From positions 1 to 14,989 of the forward strand of contig DAIUEN010000014.1 in assembly GCA_036845085.1 (NCBI GenBank): 14,989 nt of DNA. The letters are read 5' to 3'. The translations under genes were made by a program, and so were the position numbers. The stretch comes from Candidatus Nanopusillus sp. (lineage in GTDB: Archaea; Nanobdellota; Nanobdellia; Nanobdellales; Nanobdellaceae). Numbering within the stretch: position 1 is the stretch's first letter; every line of letters begins with the position of its first letter. A model generated the notes under the pieces. The model ran no database searches and was not told the origin of the DNA. It worked only from the letters and a program-made list of their open reading frames with translations. Shown in pieces: positions 1 through 7,298 of the stretch.

Positions 1-1
1 C

Positions 2-2251
2 ATGATAAATTCTCTTCAATATCGGGTAGAAAAAGATGGGAAAGAAAGAGTTTTGTATATAGATGCTAAAAATTATCCAAATATCGCTACAATAGAAGAT
101 GATGGTAATATAATGAGTTATGTATTAAATATCATGTTAAGAGAACCAAATCTAAATACAATTTACATAGATCAAGATGATCTTATATCTTATTATAAGG
201 ATACAATCAACATTTTATGGTCTTTTTTAGATGTTTATCTAAAAATTAAAGATAATATACAAAAAGCATATACTAATTATATTTCTAAACAAAACAATGT
301 ATTTCTAGAAGAATATAATAAAGTTATTAGTAGCTTAGACAAAGACTATTTAAGAGATCCTATCGGTGTATATGTATACATCAGGAGGTTAAAGAGAAGA
401 GTTTTGCATATAATAAAAAATAATCCAAATTTAGAATCTGATGCAAAAGATTTAATATCTTTAATAGATAATTTTTTAATTTTATTTGAGTCTCAACCAA
501 TATACAAATATATTAAACCTTTTCTAATTGGATATAAATTAGGAAACAGAAATATTTACAAAAGGCTTTTCATAGCTGATATAAAACCAAAAGTATTTGA
601 TACTAAGTTTTTTGTTAGGATTGGAGAAGAATATCATGTTGTAGAGTCATATAAATTAGATAAATATACCGATGTATTTATACTAAAAAATCCTGAAGAA
701 ACAGTATATAGATATTATATATATCCTGAAGAATACAGAGTATTTTTTGAAGAAACTTTTTTACTTACAAAAGCTAGAGAAATACTTTTACAGTATGAAC
801 CTAAAAGAGAAGATTACTTAGATATAGAAAGATTAAGAGAAATATATAACAATATTCTGGATAATTTAATCCTTAAATTGTCATCTGTTTACAATATAAA
901 TCTAAAAAGAGATAGTTACGATATCTTAAAAAGCATTCTAATAAGGAATACTATAGGTTTTGGAATTATAGAAAAATTTGCAGAGGATGAAAGACTAGAA
1001 GATTTATTTGTAAATCCTCCACCAGGTATTGAGCCAATATCACTGCAACATTCCTCATATGAAATGTGTATTACAAATGTTATACCAAATAGAAAAGAAG
1101 TAGAATCTTGGGCTACTAAATTAAGATTAATATCTGGTAGACCATTCGATGAAGCTAATCCTGTACTAGATACGGATCTTGAAGTTGGGAATTCAATATC
1201 ACTAAGAGTAGCTGCGATACATCCTCCCCTATCTGTAGATGGAATATCTTATATATTTAGGAGGCATAGATCAAGACCATGGACTTTACCTTTATTTATT
1301 TATCATAAAATGTTAAATCCTCTTGCAGCAGGATTGCTTTCTTTTCTAGTCGCTAATGGAAGGACACTACTTATTGCCGGTACTAGAGGATCTGGAAAAA
1401 CTTCTCTTCTAACAGCCCTCATGTTAGAATTACAGAAAAAAGTAAGAATAATTACAATAGAAGATACTTTGGAAATACCTGGAGATTATTTCAGAAAATT
1501 AGGATATAATCTAGTTAGTTTAAAAGTTAGAAGTCCTTTTTCATTACAATCTTCTGAGATGAGTCCTGAGGATGGAATAAGAGTTTCTTTAAGAATGGGA
1601 GATTCTGCAATTATTGTTGGTGAAGTTAGATCTAGAGAAGCGCAAACATTATATGAAGCTATGAGAGTAGGTGCTTTAGCTAATGCTGTTATGGGTACTA
1701 TTCATGCAGAAAGCCCTTATGGTGTTTTTGATAGAGTAGTAAATGATTTAAAAGTCCCAGCAACATCTTTTAAAGCTACAGATATCATAGTAATAGTTAA
1801 TCCTATAAGAGATCCTTCTGGTATGAAAAAGTATAGAAGGGTACTTAGAATAACAGAGGTTAGAAAGTTTTGGGAAGAAGATCCATTAAAAGAAAAAGGA
1901 TTTGTAGACTTAATGATATATGATGCAGATAAAGATAACCTAGAACCAACTTTGAATCTAATAAACGGAGATTCTGACGTTTTAAAGTCTGTTGCATCTA
2001 GGATTAGATATCTTTCAAAATCTTGGGAGAGAGTTTGGAGAATGATAGAAACTAACGGAGATGCAAAACAACAACTAGTAGATATAGCAGTAAAAGAGTC
2101 TAGAATAGATATACTAGAAGCTGATTTTGTTTCTAAATATAATGAAATGTATTATAAGTATATAGAAGATAGTTTAAAAGAATATAATGAAATAAATAAA
2201 GAGTTTATATTAGACAGTCTAAAAAAATGGACCTACAGAGTATTGAAATAA
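2..2251 (+). CDS. Type II/IV secretion-family (FlaI/VirB11/PilB-like) assembly ATPase, long form; possibly 5'-partial
   Basis: The ORF is open to the window edge, so the first Met may be internal. The C-terminal ~450 aa carry the full secretion-ATPase motif set: Walker A GTRGSGKTS, Asp box RIITIEDTLE, Walker B AIIVGEVR and His box GTIHAES. A FlaI-like N-domain segment (GFGIIEKF...LEDLFVN) lies just upstream. The first ~300 aa have no motif I recognise. Confidence 0.85.
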   Translation: MINSLQYRVEKDGKERVLYIDAKNYPNIATIEDDGNIMSYVLNIMLREPNLNTIYIDQDDLISYYKDTINILWSFLDVYLKIKDNIQKAYTNYISKQNNVFLEEYNKVISSLDKDYLRDPIGVYVYIRRLKRRVLHIIKNNPNLESDAKDLISLIDNFLILFESQPIYKYIKPFLIGYKLGNRNIYKRLFIADIKPKVFDTKFFVRIGEEYHVVESYKLDKYTDVFILKNPEETVYRYYIYPEEYRVFFEETFLLTKAREILLQYEPKREDYLDIERLREIYNNILDNLILKLSSVYNINLKRDSYDILKSILIRNTIGFGIIEKFAEDERLEDLFVNPPPGIEPISLQHSSYEMCITNVIPNRKEVESWATKLRLISGRPFDEANPVLDTDLEVGNSISLRVAAIHPPLSVDGISYIFRRHRSRPWTLPLFIYHKMLNPLAAGLLSFLVANGRTLLIAGTRGSGKTSLLTALMLELQKKVRIITIEDTLEIPGDYFRKLGYNLVSLKVRSPFSLQSSEMSPEDGIRVSLRMGDSAIIVGEVRSREAQTLYEAMRVGALANAVMGTIHAESPYGVFDRVVNDLKVPATSFKATDIIVIVNPIRDPSGMKKYRRVLRITEVRKFWEEDPLKEKGFVDLMIYDADKDNLEPTLNLINGDSDVLKSVASRIRYLSKSWERVWRMIETNGDAKQQLVDIAVKESRIDILEADFVSKYNEMYYKYIEDSLKEYNEINKEFILDSLKKWTYRVLK

Positions 2252-4242
2252 ACTTTCTAGATATAGAAGATTTAGAAAAGAAGATAATCTTATATAAATA
2301 TTTTTATTTTGGTAATAGTGTTAAATATTATGAGAAAATTGTAAAAAAACTGGGTAATATATTTAAATTATCTGCAAGCAAAAAAGAAATAGAAGAATTT
2401 AATAAAATAAATAGCGAACTATTGCTTTTTTTAGATATTAGTGAAATTTTATCAGCTTCAGCATTTGTACTAATGATCTCTATAATAATTGGTTTAGTTC
2501 TTTCTTTAGCATTTCAAAATGCAGTGCTGTTTTTATTTGTATTCCTATTTGGTATACTAGGATTTATTTATATCAGATATTATTATATTTTCCTTTATAA
2601 TAAACTGAGGGCTAAGAAAAAATCTCAATTATTACTTTTACTTCTCTATTTAGTTATTAAATTAAGGCAAAATCCCAATTTAGAAAAAGCTTTAATATAC
2701 TCTACTAAATTTATTAATTTACCTATAAAATTAGATCTATTAAGATTATTAAGGGATGTTTATCATAAAAAATACGTTTCAGTATATGAAGCTTTAGATG
2801 ACTATTCAAAATCTTGGGAAAAAGATGCGTATTTTTTTACTTTAGGTGTAATGCTAATTTTTGCAGCATTAGTAGAAGTAGATGAAACAAAAAGAAATTT
2901 TTATTTTGATAAAGCTATAGAAGATGTACTAGAAGAGCTTATAAATGAACTGTCTGTATTTATTAGAGAAGAAAGATCTACTATAAATATAGTATCTATG
3001 TTGGGTATTATTCTACCGATATTGCTGTTAACAATTTTTCCATTAGCTTCTATATTTTTATCAGATATGTTTCCATCTTATTCACTTTTTGTTATATTTA
3101 ACATACTAATTCCATTTTTAATATATTTTTTAATACAATACAATGTTGCATCAAAAATGCTTGATGTATTTTCCAAAGACGATTTATACTTATATATTTA
3201 TATGAAAAAAAGAGATATATCTAGTAAAATAAAGATGTTTGTTGTATCATCACTCCTTTTTATATTTTTAATTTCTTTAATATTTGTAATATTGTCTAAA
3301 ATCTTTGTAGATAACAGAGTACCTCTAATGTTAATATCCGAATTACTAGTGTTAGTTATAGGACTATCTATAATTGTTGGAGCATCTATATACTATAACA
3401 ATTACAAAGATCTAATAGATACTCTTACTGGTATAGATAACGAAATTCCGGCTTTTTTAGTATCTTTAGGCAATGCTTTAAATATCGGTTATCCTTTAGA
3501 AAAAGCAATTATATATGTATATCCAAAATTTCAGAATAAAAACATAGGGTCTTTTATTAGGAAAGTTTATGCTAATCTTAGAGCCGGAATGGATCTAAAT
3601 AAAGCAATTTTTGATAAGAGAGAAGGAGCAATTTTATATTATCCATCATCGAACTTAGAAGCTGCTATGGAGATTATAACAGAGTCTTCCAATGTATCTC
3701 CAAAAGAATCATCAAAAATGGCCTTTGTAGTTTCTAGATATCTTTTATACATGAATAAATTAAAAGCAAGATTCTTAGACTTAATAGCAGAAGATATCTC
3801 TCAATTGAAATCTTTGGTGAATCTATTAGCTCCTCTTTTATTAGGTATAATAACTGGAGTTACTGTAATGATTTTAGAAATACTGTACAGATTATCTTTC
3901 CAGTTAAGATATTTAGCAGAAATGACTAAATCTAGTGGAGAAATATCAGAATATATCTCAGGATTGCCAGAAACTATATTAAATATATTTGGAATATCTT
4001 CAATTCCATCTGCACCTCAAATTATATTCGTTATAGGACTATTTAATACTACTATAACAATTTTAATAATATATCTATTGAATATCTTAGAAAATGGTGG
4101 AGATAAGTTAAAATTCTACCAATATTTATACTCAAAAGGAATAAAGGGTATACTTTTATTTTTTATAGTAAGTTCATTATCATCTTTAGCTGCATATTTC
4201 TTTGTTGATTCTATATTACAACTATCTAATCTAATACCATAG
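2227..4242 (+). CDS. FlaJ/TadC-type polytopic membrane platform protein (T2SS-F-like domains)
   Basis: It overlaps the upstream ATPase gene by 25 nt. The 671-aa product has many hydrophobic helices. It has two cytoplasmic repeats resembling T2SS-F/FlaJ domains (LRQNPNLEKALIYSTKF... and IPAFLVSLGNALNIGYPLEKAIIYV...). Confidence 0.75.
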   Translation: MDLQSIEINFLDIEDLEKKIILYKYFYFGNSVKYYEKIVKKLGNIFKLSASKKEIEEFNKINSELLLFLDISEILSASAFVLMISIIIGLVLSLAFQNAVLFLFVFLFGILGFIYIRYYYIFLYNKLRAKKKSQLLLLLLYLVIKLRQNPNLEKALIYSTKFINLPIKLDLLRLLRDVYHKKYVSVYEALDDYSKSWEKDAYFFTLGVMLIFAALVEVDETKRNFYFDKAIEDVLEELINELSVFIREERSTINIVSMLGIILPILLLTIFPLASIFLSDMFPSYSLFVIFNILIPFLIYFLIQYNVASKMLDVFSKDDLYLYIYMKKRDISSKIKMFVVSSLLFIFLISLIFVILSKIFVDNRVPLMLISELLVLVIGLSIIVGASIYYNNYKDLIDTLTGIDNEIPAFLVSLGNALNIGYPLEKAIIYVYPKFQNKNIGSFIRKVYANLRAGMDLNKAIFDKREGAILYYPSSNLEAAMEIITESSNVSPKESSKMAFVVSRYLLYMNKLKARFLDLIAEDISQLKSLVNLLAPLLLGIITGVTVMILEILYRLSFQLRYLAEMTKSSGEISEYISGLPETILNIFGISSIPSAPQIIFVIGLFNTTITILIIYLLNILENGGDKLKFYQYLYSKGIKGILLFFIVSSLSSLAAYFFVDSILQLSNLIP

Positions 4243-4897
4243 ATAGATTTTTTATTACTTCGTTTATAGGTAATCCATTTATCTCTGAATCTAGTATATC
4301 ATCTATTATCCTAGGGCATGCGGAAAAAATCCAGAAATCTATATAAATAAAATTCTTTAAATCTAAAAAATTTATAGTATCTGATAAAAATAAGTAAACA
4401 TTCTTTCCTTTTTTTTCTAATATTTTCTTTATTTTTATGGATTCTTGGTAATAATATTGACCTGGTTTTATAGATATAATTATTCCTATATTTTTCGCAT
4501 TTTTCAACTTATTCAACAAATAATATATTTTTTTATCATAATCTTCATTTGGCTCTATTATATTTATAGTACCATAAATTGGATCATATACTATAACTTT
4601 TTTCTTATAAATTCGGACAATATTTTCTGCGTGAAATTTTCCATTACCTATTAGTAATATAGTATTATCTTCTGTATTTGCTGGTTCGGAATAACATCCT
4701 AATACATTGATACCATATAAATCTTCTTTTATCGTAATATTAAAATCTTTCTTTAAGATTTCGTATAATTTTTTGGAATGCTCTTCATATTGTTTTATTG
4801 AAACTAAAGTAAACTTTTTTGGTAATATTTTTTTTAAATAATCTATATTATTAAGTTCTAAAGATTTGTATTTTGTCGGTATAAATATGATATCCAT
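4226..4897 (-). CDS. dph2: Diphthamide synthase Dph2-like protein covering only domains 2-3 (N-terminal domain absent)
   Basis: The 223-aa product carries family motifs INVLGC (Cys68), IGNGKFH, IIISIKPGQ and FSACPRI (Cys194). By eye it aligns with the central and C-terminal parts of ~340-aa archaeal Dph2. An in-frame TAA lies directly upstream of the ATG. Confidence 0.7.
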   Translation of the reverse strand: MDIIFIPTKYKSLELNNIDYLKKILPKKFTLVSIKQYEEHSKKLYEILKKDFNITIKEDLYGINVLGCYSEPANTEDNTILLIGNGKFHAENIVRIYKKKVIVYDPIYGTINIIEPNEDYDKKIYYLLNKLKNAKNIGIIISIKPGQYYYQESIKIKKILEKKGKNVYLFLSDTINFLDLKNFIYIDFWIFSACPRIIDDILDSEINGLPINEVIKNLSMVLD

Positions 4898-4928
4898 TTA
4901 AATCTAAATTATTAATAATTTATATAAA
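4897..4928. promoter_or_regulatory. Interdigitated divergent promoters (TATA-like TTTAAAT 4897-4903 for the plus gene; TTTATATA on the minus strand at 4928-4921 for the minus gene)
   Basis: Each TATA-like box lies about 26-29 bp from the start codon it would serve. Each also sits next to the start codon of the opposite gene. The spacer is only 31 bp. Confidence 0.4.
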
Positions 4929-6071
4929 ATGGATGTTGTAAAGATAAAAAGACTTGCAGAGAAATATAAAAAGTTATATGGACTATCTACTAATTTAAAC
5001 AATTTGGATGGTTTTACACCACCATCAAATCTTGTTACTAACATAAATTATCCAACTTTATCTTTAGGAATATTATTATCTAATGATAATGATGTAGAAT
5101 ATTATGATAATCCTATTTTTTGGATAAGGAAAAAAGTAGATATAGATAGTATTATAGAACATAGAATAAAGATGATAAATGCCAGAAGAATTGTAGATGT
5201 TAATATGCCTAAGAAAAATGATAAGCTATATAATGAAATATTAGAAGCGGCTCTTTCTGTGAGATCTATATCTGTTGAAGTTACTACTAGTAAAATATGG
5301 GAAAATTATAAATTATCTAAATTATTTGCTTTTTTTGGGTTTAAAACAAATCTGGAAAGTATAAAAATTAGCGAAAATCCAAAAATACCTGATGAAATAT
5401 ACAAGATAGAAGATTTAAAAGCTAGAGAAGCAGTTTATTTATTATATAAAAAAAATCTTTCTGATTATTATATATCTAGATTATTTTCATTAGGATTCTT
5501 TGGAAATAAAATAAATAAAAAGTTAGTACCAAGCAAATGGGCAATAACTGCAGTACAAAAGATAATAGAAGATAATATAAGAAAAGAAATTAAACATAAA
5601 AAAGTTAAAGTTGTAGAAAAATACTATATTTTTAACTATAAAATATTTGGAAATGATTTTTATGGTTTTTTTATACCAGGACATGGAAGTGTTGAGTTAA
5701 TAGAATGCATACTCCCAAGATCTGCATACAATATGAATGGAAATCATGTTATAATTGGTAGAGATGAAGAATCTGGTGGTTATTATTCATTAAGACTATC
5801 ATTTTCAGAATTTATTAACTATAATGGAATTATAGGAGATCTTATTGTTTTTAGGGTGATAACTGAAGAATATAAATTACCTTTGGGGGTTTGGGTAGTT
5901 AGAGAAGGTACTAAAAGTTTATTTGAAAATGTTGTTGGAAAATTTGATAATTATAAAGAAGCATATCAATACCTAGATAATTTAATATCTAGAAAATATC
6001 ATATATCGTTACACAAATTAAGATTATACAGTAAAATACTTAACAAAAAAAGCATTTTATCTTTTATTTAA
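4929..6071 (+). CDS. Nre-family (NreA-like, DUF650/DUF651) putative DNA repair protein
   Basis: The motif TPPSNLV..NYPTLSLG matches the Nre N-terminal PPSVFVG..GYP signature. LVPSKWAITAVQK matches the conserved VPTRWSITAV motif. The C-terminus KKSILSFI is PIP-box-like. Confidence 0.65.
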   Translation: MDVVKIKRLAEKYKKLYGLSTNLNNLDGFTPPSNLVTNINYPTLSLGILLSNDNDVEYYDNPIFWIRKKVDIDSIIEHRIKMINARRIVDVNMPKKNDKLYNEILEAALSVRSISVEVTTSKIWENYKLSKLFAFFGFKTNLESIKISENPKIPDEIYKIEDLKAREAVYLLYKKNLSDYYISRLFSLGFFGNKINKKLVPSKWAITAVQKIIEDNIRKEIKHKKVKVVEKYYIFNYKIFGNDFYGFFIPGHGSVELIECILPRSAYNMNGNHVIIGRDEESGGYYSLRLSFSEFINYNGIIGDLIVFRVITEEYKLPLGVWVVREGTKSLFENVVGKFDNYKEAYQYLDNLISRKYHISLHKLRLYSKILNKKSILSFI

Positions 6072-6077
6072 TAGGAG

Positions 6078-6152
6078 TAGCGGGGGGTGGATTTGAACCA
6101 CCGACCTGGGGGTTATGAGCCCCCCGGGCACTCCTGGCTGCCCTACCCCGCT
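6078..6152 (-). tRNA. Initiator tRNA-Met (anticodon CAU), 75 nt, no encoded CCA
   Basis: I folded the minus-strand sequence by hand into a cloverleaf. Acceptor AGCGGGG/CCCCGCT, D arm GGGC/GCCC, anticodon arm GGGGG-CUCAUAA-CCCCC, variable AGGUC, T arm GGUGG-UUCAAAU-CCACC, discriminator A. The A1:U72 pair and G:C-only anticodon stem are archaeal initiator hallmarks. Confidence 0.92.
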
Positions 6153-6207
6153 ATCCTATATATTAATAAATTTACTAAACAGGTATATAAATCTTAATCA
6201 TAATAGC

Positions 6208-6230
6208 AAAAATAAAAAATTAATAAAAAA
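6208..6230 (-). terminator. Oligo-T termination signals directly after the alba stop codon
   Basis: On the minus strand the stop codon (6233-6231) is followed by TTTTTT, ATTA, TTTTTT, A, TTTTT. Three T5-T6 runs are typical archaeal intrinsic termination signals. Confidence 0.45.
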
Positions 6231-6515
6231 TTATTTCTTTTGGAGTACGATTTCTATAGTAGATACTCTTTTTTTCTTGCCGTTTTGTGTTGTATACTCT
6301 TCTGAATCTATTTTTATAGATTTTATATCTACTTGTCCAGATAGGAATTTTTTTCTAACAATTTCTGCTACATCTATAGCCCTTGCAGTATATCTTCCTC
6401 TAGCCTTTATAGTTATTTCTTTAGCTCCTTGGCTTGTAAATTGCATTACTACTGCTGTTACATAGTTCATAAATGGCTTGTTTCCAACATATACAATTCC
6501 TTGTTCTGCCATCAT
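6231..6515 (-). CDS. albA: Alba (Sso10b/Sac10b family) DNA/RNA-binding chromatin protein
   Basis: The 94-aa product reads VYVGNKPFMNYVTAVV...ITIKARGRYTARAIDVAEIVRKKF, a typical Alba fold sequence. It has a 4-nt ATGA overlap with the upstream S17e gene. Confidence 0.92.
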   Translation of the reverse strand: MMAEQGIVYVGNKPFMNYVTAVVMQFTSQGAKEITIKARGRYTARAIDVAEIVRKKFLSGQVDIKSIKIDSEEYTTQNGKKKRVSTIEIVLQKK

Positions 6516-6709
6516 GAGTTAATTTGTAATTTTTTTATTTTCCTAGTTATATAACCTGCTATCATATTTCTTAATCTCTTCGATGGTATACTAGCTACTA
6601 CAGACAAAATCTTTACATTTTTTTTATATTCTGTAGTAAACAAATCTGAGTATCTTGATAATATATTTTCTGCAGCTCTCCTGAATTTACCATGAAGTAT
6701 TCTACCCAT
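6512..6709 (-). CDS. rps17e: 30S ribosomal protein S17e (eS17)
   Basis: The 65-aa product MGRILHGKFRRAAENILSRY....EYKKNVKIL....IPSKRLRNMIAGYITR matches the eS17 family pattern and size. Confidence 0.88.
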   Translation of the reverse strand: MGRILHGKFRRAAENILSRYSDLFTTEYKKNVKILSVVASIPSKRLRNMIAGYITRKIKKLQINS

Positions 6710-6731
6710 TATTAATATATTAGGTATATAA

Positions 6732-6739
6732 TTTATAAA
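6732..6739. promoter_or_regulatory. Palindromic TATA box TTTATAAA shared by divergent rps17e and ppa
   Basis: TTTATAAA is its own reverse complement. It lies 22 nt from the rps17e start (6709) and 21 nt from the ppa ATG (6761). Confidence 0.4.
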
Positions 6740-6760
6740 ATTATAACTTAATTGATAAGT

Positions 6761-7276
6761 ATGAAAGCTGGTAAGAATCCTCCAGAAGATATAAACGTGT
6801 ATATAGAAATATCGAAAGGCAGCAATATAAAGTACGAATTCGATGAAGAAGAAAGGGTAATAAAAGTAGATAGAATATTATACACTGCAATGTTTTACCC
6901 ATTTAATTATGGATTCATTCCCGAAACTCTTGAAGAAGATGGAGATCCTTTAGATGTCTTATTAATATCTTATGAATCTTTTATTCCGGGTGTACTAATT
7001 AGGGCAAGACCAATTGGTATACTAGTAACTGAAGATGAAGAGGGTATTGATAGAAAAGTAATCGCGGTACCTCATGATAAAATAGATCCTAGATTCTCTA
7101 ATATTAAGAATATATCAGATGTTCCAGAATCTATATTAAATCAAATAAAGCATTTTTATGAACATTATAAAGAGTTGGAACCTGGAAAATTTGTAAAAGT
7201 GAAAGAATTTAAAGGAAGAGAATTTGCATTAGAGATTATAAAAAAGGCTATAGAAAATTATAATAATAAAAGATAA
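6761..7276 (+). CDS. ppa: Family I inorganic pyrophosphatase
   Basis: The sequence [17 protein letters not shown]...[33 protein letters not shown]..., with VIAVP..DPRF further downstream, is a canonical soluble PPase. I prefer the ATG at 6761 over the TTG at 6752 used in the ORF track. Confidence 0.9.
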   Translation: MKAGKNPPEDINVYIEISKGSNIKYEFDEEERVIKVDRILYTAMFYPFNYGFIPETLEEDGDPLDVLLISYESFIPGVLIRARPIGILVTEDEEGIDRKVIAVPHDKIDPRFSNIKNISDVPESILNQIKHFYEHYKELEPGKFVKVKEFKGREFALEIIKKAIENYNNKR

Positions 7277-7278
7277 AA

Positions 7279-7284
7279 TTTTTT
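7279..7284 (+). terminator. T6 run two nt after the ppa stop codon
   Basis: The sequence TAA-AA-TTTTTT follows ppa directly, and oligo-T is the usual archaeal termination signal. Specificity is weak in such an AT-rich sequence. Confidence 0.35.
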
Positions 7285-7298
7285 ATATATAATTTTTT

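Noticed and set aside
4445-4654. A 69-aa plus-strand ORF inside the Dph2-like gene. Similar antisense ORFs lie at 7866-8057, 9973-10188, 10482-10736, 13314-13568 and 13859-14116.
   Set aside because: All lie entirely antisense to longer ORFs with clear family motifs. They encode Ile/Phe/Tyr/Leu/Ser-rich low-complexity peptides without motifs. Such shadow ORFs are expected in AT-rich genomes with few stop codons on the antisense strand.
6115-6465. A 116-aa plus-strand ORF from the six-frame track.
   Set aside because: It begins inside the tRNA-iMet gene and then runs antisense to the well-supported alba gene. Its product is low-complexity and hydrophobic, as expected from reading AT-rich coding DNA on the wrong strand.
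6752-6760. A TTG start for pyrophosphatase, as in the ORF track.
   Set aside because: An ATG lies three codons downstream (6761) at the expected distance from the TATA box. I consider the TTG start less likely but cannot exclude it.
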